Shown piece by piece: positions 50,019-57,774 of a stretch of DNA of 61,513 nt. Under the pieces are notes generated by a model. It did no database searches and had not been told where the DNA came from. It was given only the letters and a program-made list of their open reading frames with translations. The position numbers and the translations under genes are program-made. This stretch comes from an uncultured Rickettsiales bacterium. GTDB lineage: Bacteria; Pseudomonadota; Alphaproteobacteria; Rickettsiales; UBA1997. The DNA lies in the NCBI GenBank assembly GCA_905478165.1, contig CAJQHK010000005.1:1-61513 (forward strand), in the 5' to 3' direction. Position 1 is the stretch's first letter. Each line of letters starts with the position of its first letter.

Positions 50019-50322
50019 AAATTATAGTTGGTTCTTTTGCTTTTTCTAAAAATTCAAATGACATTATGATGATTCTTTCTCCTTTTTTAACTAAGTGAGC
50101 AGCAGCTCCATGAACTGCAATTGTTTTTGAGAATTTTTTACCCCTTATCACATATGTTTCAAATCTTGCGCCAGAAGTTATACTAACAACTAATACTTTT
50201 TGATATTCCTCTAGGTTTGATTTTTCCATTAAATCCTCGTCAATTTCGATACTACCTTCATATTCAAGATTGGCATCTGTAACTGTGATATTATGAATTT
50301 TTGATGATAAATACTCTTTCAT
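50005..50322 (-). CDS. panD: Aspartate 1-decarboxylase (short form)
   Basis: 105 aa. KIHNITVTDANLEYEGSIEID... aligns with the PanD N-terminus, including the Gly-Ser self-processing site. GARFETYVI and VHGAAAH are also conserved. It overlaps the gatA start by 14 nt. Confidence 0.85.
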   Translation of the reverse strand: MKEYLSSKIHNITVTDANLEYEGSIEIDEDLMEKSNLEEYQKVLVVSITSGARFETYVIRGKKFSKTIAVHGAAAHLVKKGERIIIMSFEFLEKAKEPTIIFGND

Positions 50323-50328
50323 TCTTAA

Positions 50329-51324
50329 TTAATTACTTATACCAATGCAGATTTCCTTTGCTTTCTCGATTATATTGTCTTTTTTTGGTAATGCGAGTCT
50401 TTCTAAATTTTCTGCATAAGGCAAGGGGCAGTCAATTGATGCTAAACGACCAATTGGAGCGTCAAGATAATCAAAAGCTTCCTCAACAAGCATTGCAGAA
50501 ATTTCACTGCCTATAGATGCGAATGGAAAACCTTCCTCGGCAATTAAACAGCGATTAGTTTTTTTAACCGACTCAATGATAGTTTCTTTATCTAGTGGGC
50601 GAATAGTCCTAAGATCAATCACTTCAACAGAAATTCCTTGCTGTTGCAACTCTTCAGCTGCCTCAAGGGCGTAACCAACCATTAAAGAAAACGCTATTAT
50701 CGTGATATCTGATCCAGATTTTTTAATAGCAGCCTTCCCAATCTCGACTATATGATCATCATCATAATCTTCTTCAAATTCCATACCATAAGTAATTTCA
50801 TTTTCTAAAAAAATTACTGGATTTGGGTCACGAATTGCAGCTTTCAACAAGCCCTTGCAATCAGAGGGACTGTAAGGGGAAATAACTTTTAAACCAGGAA
50901 TTGCAGCGTACCAAGCAGCATAACATTGCGAATGTTGCGCTCCTACCCTAGATGCCGCACCATTTGGACCACGAAAAACAATCGGACATTTAACTTGTCC
51001 ACCTGACATGTAATGAGTTTTAGCGGCAGAATTAATGATTTGATCAATAGCCTGCATAGCAAAATTGAAAGTCATGAATTCTACGATTGGCCTCAATCCA
51101 GAAAAAGCCGCACCAACAGCTAGACCAGTAAAACCATGCTCAGTTATCGGAGTGTCAATCACTCTTTTTGATCCAAATTCGTCAAGCATTCCTTGAGTAA
51201 CCTTATACGCCCCATTATATTCCGCAACTTCTTCACCCATGATAAAAATTTTATCATCCTTCCTCATCTCTTCACTCATCGCCTCACAAAGCGCCTTTCT
51301 AACTGTAAGTTTTTTAATTGTCAT
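50329..51324 (-). CDS. pdhB: Pyruvate dehydrogenase E1 beta subunit
   Basis: 331 aa of transketolase-like Pyr plus C-terminal domains ([24 protein letters not shown]). Confidence 0.93.
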   Translation of the reverse strand: MTIKKLTVRKALCEAMSEEMRKDDKIFIMGEEVAEYNGAYKVTQGMLDEFGSKRVIDTPITEHGFTGLAVGAAFSGLRPIVEFMTFNFAMQAIDQIINSAAKTHYMSGGQVKCPIVFRGPNGAASRVGAQHSQCYAAWYAAIPGLKVISPYSPSDCKGLLKAAIRDPNPVIFLENEITYGMEFEEDYDDDHIVEIGKAAIKKSGSDITIIAFSLMVGYALEAAEELQQQGISVEVIDLRTIRPLDKETIIESVKKTNRCLIAEEGFPFASIGSEISAMLVEEAFDYLDAPIGRLASIDCPLPYAENLERLALPKKDNIIEKAKEICIGISN

Positions 51325-51336
51325 AATTTATTATCT

Positions 51337-52302
51337 CTATTGGTAAATATGGTCAAAAATGCCCTCTTCCTCCGGTTCTGGACTATTTTTAGCAAATTGA
51401 ACTATTTCTGCAATTTTAGATTTAATTTCCTGATTAATAGATTTAATCTCATCCTCAGAAACAATTTTATTATCTAAAATATGAGCTTTAAATGAAATAA
51501 TTGGATCTTGATTTTGCTTTTTATCATTAAGTTCATCCTTACTTCTATAAGTTGCAGGATCTGACATGGAATGACCACGATAACGATAAGTATCCATCTC
51601 AACTAAAATTGGACCCTTACCAGATCTAACATAATCAACAGCCTTCTTGCCTTCCTCTATGACGGTCAAAATATTCATGCCATCTATTTTTACACCTGGA
51701 ATATTAAATCCCAACCCTCTTTTAGAAAGATCATCTATTGATGAAGATCTATTTTGAGAAGTTCCCATAGCATATTTGTTATTTTCAATGATAAATAAAA
51801 TAGGTAAATTCCATAATTTTGCCATGTTAAAAGCCTCGTAAACCTGACCTTGATGAGATGCGCCATCTCCAAAATAACAAAAAGTTACGTTATTGGTTTC
51901 CTTATATTTGTCAGCAAAGGCAAGTCCGGCACCAATAGGAACCGACGCTCCCACTATTCCATGACCACCATAAAAATGTTTTTCAGTATCAAATAAATGC
52001 ATAGACCCCCCTCGACCCTTAGAACAACCATCTATTCTTCCCATTAATTCTGCCATAATTCTTTTTGGATCAGACTTAAGGGATATCATATGACCATGAT
52101 CACGGTAGGTTGTAATGACTTTATCGCCATCTTGCATATTGTAGTGCATACCAGTAGATATAGCTTCCTGACCTATATAAAGATGGCAAAAGCCAGCAAT
52201 CAAGCCCATACCATAAAGTTGGCCAGCCTTTTCTTCAAAACGCCTAATAAGGAGCATTTCTCTATATATTTTAAGAGAATCTTCTTTATTTAATTTCACC
52301 AT
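51337..52302 (-). CDS. pdhA: Pyruvate dehydrogenase E1 alpha subunit
   Basis: 321 aa with the TPP-binding block GDGASHQGQVYEAFNMA...NN and the YRYRGHSMSDP phospho-loop region. Confidence 0.93.
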   Translation of the reverse strand: MVKLNKEDSLKIYREMLLIRRFEEKAGQLYGMGLIAGFCHLYIGQEAISTGMHYNMQDGDKVITTYRDHGHMISLKSDPKRIMAELMGRIDGCSKGRGGSMHLFDTEKHFYGGHGIVGASVPIGAGLAFADKYKETNNVTFCYFGDGASHQGQVYEAFNMAKLWNLPILFIIENNKYAMGTSQNRSSSIDDLSKRGLGFNIPGVKIDGMNILTVIEEGKKAVDYVRSGKGPILVEMDTYRYRGHSMSDPATYRSKDELNDKKQNQDPIISFKAHILDNKIVSEDEIKSINQEIKSKIAEIVQFAKNSPEPEEEGIFDHIYQ

Positions 52303-52390
52303 ATAATTTGATTTGGAGTAATTTGTTAAAAAGGAAAATATATATTATTTCATTATTTTTTTCAAGGAGAAATATTATTACTTATCCCTA

Positions 52391-52561
52391 ATACCAATTC
52401 CCACCTTTAAAGAAGTTTTTTTCAAAATATTTTTATTCATAAATTATTAAAAAATGCCCGCCCTATGTTAATAGGGTGTAAGGCTTTTTGATGATTTAAG
52501 GATAAAAAGATTTCGAAAAAATCTGTCTTAACTCCTATATTTTAAAGATGGGAATTGGTAT
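52391..52561. repeat. MITE-like palindromic element, family P3 (171 bp)
   Basis: The termini are ataccaattcccacctttaaa and tttaaagatgggaattggtat. The minus strand carries an outward-reading ATG mini-ORF (MNKNILKKTSLKVGIGI...). Confidence 0.8.
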
Positions 52562-52774
52562 AAGAGTCATTACAAGATGATGTAATTATAAACAAATCAA
52601 GAACTTATGTAATAATTTTCTTTATCTTGATAGTAATTATCTTAAACAATCCAGACAAAAATAAAAATTGCAATTGGTTAGAGCGTAAATTAAGTATATT
52701 TTGTAAAGATACCTTCTTTAACTTTGTCTTTACAATATCCTTAGATTATAAATTAGAATTATCTTAATATTGAT

Positions 52775-53200
52775 TTATTCAATTAAAGATAACAAAGCCA
52801 ACTCATAGCCTTTTGGCCCAAAACCAGCAATAATACCATCAGAAATATCAGAAATTAAGGATTTATGGCGAAAATCTTCCCTTTTATATATATTAGAAAG
52901 ATGTAATTCAATTTTTTTACCATTAAAAATTTCTAAAGCATCACGAATAGCCACTGAAGTATGCGTATAAGCGGCAGCATTGATGATAATTGCGTCAAAT
53001 TTATCAATAGCATTTTGAATTAAGTCAATAATATCGCCTTCTGAGTTTTTCTGCTCAAAACTTACCTCTAAATTATTGTCTTTAGCAATTTTTCGACATT
53101 TATTTTCAATATCTGTTAAAGAACAATCACCATAAATATCTTGATTGCGAAGTGATAAAAGATTTAAATTTGGACCATTAATAATTATAATTTTTTTCAT
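52775..53200 (-). CDS. aroQ: 3-dehydroquinate dehydratase, type II
   Basis: It has MKKIIIINGPNLNLL, AAAYTHTSVA and HLSNIYKREDFRH. The track ORF extends 11 codons further upstream (to 53233), but the conserved N-terminus begins at the 53200 ATG. Confidence 0.88.
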   Translation of the reverse strand: MKKIIIINGPNLNLLSLRNQDIYGDCSLTDIENKCRKIAKDNNLEVSFEQKNSEGDIIDLIQNAIDKFDAIIINAAAYTHTSVAIRDALEIFNGKKIELHLSNIYKREDFRHKSLISDISDGIIAGFGPKGYELALLSLIE

Positions 53201-53262
53201 TTTAATAAAATTTTTCCTAAGGAACTGTGACAAAACAACTTGAACAGTTCATAATAGTACAG

Positions 53263-54015
53263 TTAAGATCTTGTAATCCTGAAATAGGCCGCAATTGTAA
53301 AGAGAATCGAGACAATATAAATCAAGCAAATTGTTGATAATGTAATCCATGGCTCGGTGATTAAGCCGACAATAATTAGCCCTAAAATTAATAAAGTTAA
53401 ATGCTTATACTCATTTCTAACAGGAATATGTTTAATTGAGATGGTTGGAATAGTGCTGGCAGCACAAATTGCCACAACACAAGAATAGGAAATTATTATT
53501 CTAGGATCATTAAAAAAGTAACCTTCGCCATACTGAAAAGTTAATATTAGAGGCATCATCATCATTGCAGCTGCAACAGGAGAAGGAATTCCTTGAAAAA
53601 AATACTTATCCAAAATTGGATGCTTATCCTCATCCTTATTGGCGATATTAAACCTAGCAAGTCTAATAGCCATAGAAATAGTATAAATTAAAACCATTGC
53701 CAAATCAAAACCTTTAATATCGACAAATTTATTGATCCAATTATAAATGATAAAGGCAGGAACAACGCCAAAATTTACAAAATCAGCCAAAGAATCTAAT
53801 TCAGCGCCAAATTCACTAGTAGAATCTAGAAACCTTGCCAAACGGCCATCAATAGCATCTAAAACAGTAGCAAAAAGCAATAAAGAAGTTGCTAAATACC
53901 AATTTTGTTCAAAAGAATATTTAATAGCCATCAAACCAATACAAAGTGCAAAAAGCGTAACTGCACTTGGGATGAACTTAATCAAATTAATTGAATTTTC
54001 AGAAGATTTACTCAT
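53263..54015 (-). CDS. pssA: CDP-diacylglycerol--serine O-phosphatidyltransferase
   Basis: 250 aa, polytopic, with the CDP-alcohol phosphatidyltransferase motif DAIDGRLAR...GAELDSLAD. Confidence 0.85.
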   Translation of the reverse strand: MSKSSENSINLIKFIPSAVTLFALCIGLMAIKYSFEQNWYLATSLLLFATVLDAIDGRLARFLDSTSEFGAELDSLADFVNFGVVPAFIIYNWINKFVDIKGFDLAMVLIYTISMAIRLARFNIANKDEDKHPILDKYFFQGIPSPVAAAMMMMPLILTFQYGEGYFFNDPRIIISYSCVVAICAASTIPTISIKHIPVRNEYKHLTLLILGLIIVGLITEPWITLSTICLIYIVSILFTIAAYFRITRS

Positions 54016-54131
54016 TGTTATTTTTATAATTATCTTAAAAAGATAGCTACTCTCACAGAGTTATCTTTCTAACGAATATTAGTACCAATAATGTTAAATT
54101 CTAGCAAAAAAACATAAATAATTTTTACAAT

Positions 54132-54160
54132 TTGACATAGTCTTAAAATTATGATATTAT
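54132..54160 (+). promoter_or_regulatory. Near-consensus sigma70-type promoter upstream of the duplicated orphan gene
   Basis: TTGACA (54132-54137), a 17-nt spacer, then TATTAT (54155-54160), 37 nt upstream of the ATG at 54197. Confidence 0.45.
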
Positions 54161-54196
54161 AAGTTATCTTTAATTAATTAACTAAAATAAAAAATT

Positions 54197-55384
54197 ATGA
54201 CAACAGTAGTTGAACAAAGACTAAAATTACTACAAGAAAAAGAAGTATCACTACCTAGCAGAATATTTCAATTTGCGGTAAAAGACAGTTTGAATCCAAA
54301 AGAAATATCACAAATATTAGACATTTTAGATGTTAGTGAAGCAGCGGTAACACTAGATATATATGACAATAAAAATAGAACAAGAGACGCAGTTCATCAA
54401 ATTCAAACAACACGTCCCCATGGTCAATTACATGATGGATCAAAAATAACTTTGAACTATATAGTAACTTCCTTTCTTAGTGATAACAAGTCTGTTTATG
54501 AACAAGACTCTGAATTGGTTAAAGAAAAAATAAAAACAGACTGTGAATCTTTTAAAAAAGATATTCAAAATATCATAAATTCAATATATGATCAAAATCA
54601 TAATCGTCACCAAGTTATAATTACTGAACATGGTAATTTAAAAAATGCAAAAGATAATTTTGTCAAATTTTTTACCGAAGAGTTTTTTACTACCAACAAA
54701 GATAAATTAAAAGAAATAGACTCCATCAAAGATGATATAGTTAGTCAAATAGAAAATGTAGAAGGCACACCATCTATTGAAGATTTTATTGTTACAATAG
54801 AATCGTGTTTGAATGAAAGACCTGGTAGATCACCAGAAGCGACAGTAGTTGAACAAAGACTAAAATTACTACAAGAAAAAGAAGTATCACTACCTAGCAG
54901 AATATTTCAATTTGCGGTAAAAGACAGTTTGAATCCAAAAGAAATATCACAAATATTAGACATTTTAGATGTTAGTGAAGCAGCGGTAACACTAGATATA
55001 TATGACAATAAAAATAGAACAAGAGACGCAGTTCATCAAATTCAAACAACACGTCCCCATGGTCAATTACATGATGGATCAAAAATAACTTTGAACTATA
55101 TAGTAACTTCCTTTCTTAGTGATAACAAGTCTGTTTATGAACAAGACTCTGAATTGGTTAAAGAAAAAATAAAAACAGACTGTGAATCTTTTAAAAAAGA
55201 TATTCAAAATATCATAAATTCAATATATGATCAAAATCATAATCGTCACCAAGTTATAATTACTGAACATGGTAATTTAAAAAATGCAAAAGATAATCTT
55301 GTCGAATTTTTTACCGAAGAGTTTTTTACTACCAACGCAAATAAAATTAGAAAAAATATATTTCTTCCGACATGCCATACTTGA
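54197..55384 (+). CDS. Orphan protein composed of two tandem copies of a 213-codon-period module
   Basis: 395-aa ORF. Residues 3-154 are repeated identically at 216-367. I recognise no domain, signal peptide or TM helix. The second module terminates early after a frame change at 55337. Confidence 0.6.
   Translation: MTTVVEQRLKLLQEKEVSLPSRIFQFAVKDSLNPKEISQILDILDVSEAAVTLDIYDNKNRTRDAVHQIQTTRPHGQLHDGSKITLNYIVTSFLSDNKSVYEQDSELVKEKIKTDCESFKKDIQNIINSIYDQNHNRHQVIITEHGNLKNAKDNFVKFFTEEFFTTNKDKLKEIDSIKDDIVSQIENVEGTPSIEDFIVTIESCLNERPGRSPEATVVEQRLKLLQEKEVSLPSRIFQFAVKDSLNPKEISQILDILDVSEAAVTLDIYDNKNRTRDAVHQIQTTRPHGQLHDGSKITLNYIVTSFLSDNKSVYEQDSELVKEKIKTDCESFKKDIQNIINSIYDQNHNRHQVIITEHGNLKNAKDNLVEFFTEEFFTTNANKIRKNIFLPTCHT
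54203..55336 (+). repeat. Tandem direct duplication, period 639 bp
   Basis: 54203-54658 equals 54842-55297 (456 bp, identical by eye and in translation). Two mismatches follow (54659 T/C and 54665 A/G), and the sequences diverge abruptly after 54697/55336. Confidence 0.9.
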
Positions 55385-55526
55385 AGAAGTAGAAAAAAAA
55401 GGAGTAGAAGGCATACCACAAATTAAAGATTTTATTGATGAAATAAGAAAGAATTTGGATAAACCTACCACAGATCTTAGCAAAGCACAAATATGGTTAG
55501 GGAAAAATAGCTCTGAAGGTAGGTAA
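55338..55526 (+). pseudogene. Out-of-frame continuation (tail 2) of the duplicated orphan gene
   Basis: The +1 frame reads KLEKIYFFRHAILEEVEKKGVEGIPQIKDFIDEIRKNLDKP.... This is collinear with tail 1 of the first module (KLKEIDSIKDDIVSQIENVEGTPSIEDFIVTIESCLNERP). One extra base after accaac (55337) separates the frames. Confidence 0.55.
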
Positions 55527-55604
55527 AAAACTTAAATGATATTAATAACTAGATTTATACAATTTTTATTTTATATTCAAAAATAAAAATGTAAATTTTA
55601 GTAA

Positions 55605-57572
55605 ATGATATCTTGTAAAAAAAATAAACTAGTTAATGCTATCAGATTTTTATCAATAGATGCTATCGAAAAGGCTAAATCTGGCCACCCGGGTATGCCA
55701 ATGGGTTTTGCCGATGTGGCATTTATTTTATTTTCAGAATTTCTTAAATTTAATCCTAATGATCCAAAATGGCCAGATCGTGATCGCTTCATTTTATCTG
55801 CTGGCCACGGCTCTATGTTATTGTATTCTTTATATTATTTACTTGGTTATAAGGATATTTCTCTTGATGATATTAAAAATTTCCGTCAATTACACTCAAA
55901 AACTGCTGGTCACCCAGAATTTGGTGAGCTAGAAGCAATTGAAACCACAACTGGCCCCTTAGGTCAAGGTATTGGCAATGCCGTAGGTATGGCGCTTGCT
56001 GGTAAAATTAATAGCGCCAAATTTGGTAAGGATATTATTGATAATAAAATTTATTGTATGGTTGGTGATGGCTGCTTAATGGAAGGTATTAGCCAGGAAT
56101 CAATTTCAATTGCTGCTAATTTAAAATTAAATAATCTTATTACCCTTTGGGACAATAATAACATTTCAATTGATGGCACTTTAGATATTACTAGCTCGGA
56201 AAATATACCAATGCGTTTTGAAGCTGCTGGTTGGAATGTAATTTCTGTTGATGGGCATGATCATACCCAAATTAGAGATGCTTTACAACAAGCACAACAT
56301 TCTGATAAACCAATTTTAATTGATTGTAAAACTACTATTGCTTATGGATCTCCCAATAAATCTGGCTCTGAAAAATCTCATGGCTCACCTCTTGGAGCTG
56401 ATGAAATTAAGTTAACCAAAAAGGAATTAGGTTGGAATTATGGTGAATTTGAAATTGCTGATGAAATTTTAGAAAAATGGCGTGAAATTGGTAGCAGAAA
56501 TATTAATTTATGCCAAAAATGGCAAGAAAATCTTGAAAATTCTGGAAAAAAAGAGGAATTTAACCGCATTTATCACAAAATTCTACCAAATTTGTCTGAC
56601 AAAATTGCAGATTTTAAAACAGGCATTTTAAAAGAACAAAAATCTCAAGCGACAAGAAAATCCTCCGCCAAAGTTTTAGAATTTTTTACTAAAGAAATTG
56701 ATATTTTAATTTCAGGTTCTGCTGATTTAACTGGCTCTGTTGGCACCAAAACCCCAAGCACTCACTCGCTGTCACCTATAAATTACACTAATCGCTATAT
56801 TCATTACGGCATTAGAGAGCATGCTATGGCAGCAATGATGAATGGTATGTCCCTTTATGGAGGTTTAATTCCTTTATCTGGAACTTTCCTAATTTTTTCT
56901 GATTATATGAAGCCAGCAATCAGACTTGCTGCTATGATGAAAAGACAAATTTTCTACATCTTTACACATGATTCAATTGGATTAGGTGAAGATGGCCCAA
57001 CTCATCAAGCTGTCGAGCATTTAGCTAATCTAAGATCCATTCCAAATTTAAATGTATTTAGACCTTGTGATGATTTTGAAACTTTAGCCTGTTACCAAAT
57101 GGCTTTAAAAGATATAAATACACCTTCGGCCTTTTCTTTAACTCGTCAAAATTTAGCATTTTCTACCGCAAAAGAAAATCCAGATATTTACAAGGGTGGG
57201 TACATTATTTACTCAAATAATGAAGATCCAGATATCTCAATTTTAGCAACCGGTTCTGAAGTTGAGATTGCAATTCAAGCCTCTAAAAAGCTTTTAGAAG
57301 AAAAAAACATTACTTCAAAAGTTATCTCCATCCCTTGTTTTGAAATTTTTGATTCTCAAAGTAAAGAATATCAACAAGAAACCCTTGGTAATAAAAATAA
57401 TTTTAAAATTGCAATTGAAGCTGCAATAAAACAAGGTTGGGAAAAATACATAGGAGATAATGGTGTGTTTATTGGTATGGAAGGATTTGGCGCATCTGGA
57501 AAATATCAAGATTTGTACAAGCATTTTGGTATTACGGTAGAAAATGTTATAAAAAAAATAAATATCCAATAA
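55605..57572 (+). CDS. tkt: Transketolase
   Basis: 655 aa with SGHPGMPMG, the TPP motif GDGCLMEG and the HDSIGLGEDGPTHQ block. Confidence 0.93.
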   Translation: MISCKKNKLVNAIRFLSIDAIEKAKSGHPGMPMGFADVAFILFSEFLKFNPNDPKWPDRDRFILSAGHGSMLLYSLYYLLGYKDISLDDIKNFRQLHSKTAGHPEFGELEAIETTTGPLGQGIGNAVGMALAGKINSAKFGKDIIDNKIYCMVGDGCLMEGISQESISIAANLKLNNLITLWDNNNISIDGTLDITSSENIPMRFEAAGWNVISVDGHDHTQIRDALQQAQHSDKPILIDCKTTIAYGSPNKSGSEKSHGSPLGADEIKLTKKELGWNYGEFEIADEILEKWREIGSRNINLCQKWQENLENSGKKEEFNRIYHKILPNLSDKIADFKTGILKEQKSQATRKSSAKVLEFFTKEIDILISGSADLTGSVGTKTPSTHSLSPINYTNRYIHYGIREHAMAAMMNGMSLYGGLIPLSGTFLIFSDYMKPAIRLAAMMKRQIFYIFTHDSIGLGEDGPTHQAVEHLANLRSIPNLNVFRPCDDFETLACYQMALKDINTPSAFSLTRQNLAFSTAKENPDIYKGGYIIYSNNEDPDISILATGSEVEIAIQASKKLLEEKNITSKVISIPCFEIFDSQSKEYQQETLGNKNNFKIAIEAAIKQGWEKYIGDNGVFIGMEGFGASGKYQDLYKHFGITVENVIKKINIQ

Positions 57573-57573
57573 T

Positions 57574-57656
57574 ATTTATCAAATTTAACTACATGATTTA
57601 GTAAAAAGACCTTAAAAGATTGGAGTTATTTTGAGTTTTTAGAGGGAAAATAGTAG
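57574..57656. repeat. Truncated family-P1 element (left half)
   Basis: atttatcaaatttaactacatgatttagtaaaaagacc...ttttgagtttttagagggaaaatag aligns with the left two-thirds of the P1 copies. It begins 2 nt after the tkt stop. Confidence 0.65.
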
Positions 57657-57774
57657 CGTTGGTTCAGAAGCAAGAGATGATTAAGAAGGTTGTTCATTAC
57701 TCTTGGGCTATCAGCAGGACCATTAAATTTTGAAGAATTACAAACATTTCTACATCGTAACTATGTTTTAAGAT

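Noticed and set aside
50005-50322. The possibility that the small ORF upstream of gatA is gatC, as its position suggests.
   Set aside because: The sequence aligns with PanD along its length (LEYEGS cleavage site, GARFETY, HGAAAH). It shows none of the GatC pattern.
57657-57774. Possible IS630-type N-terminal fragment in the tkt-ftsK spacer (frames reading ...MIKKVVHYSWAISRTIKF* and ...LNFEELQTFLHRNY...).
   Set aside because: The similarity to the transposase helix-turn-helix region is only impressionistic and is too short and broken to support.
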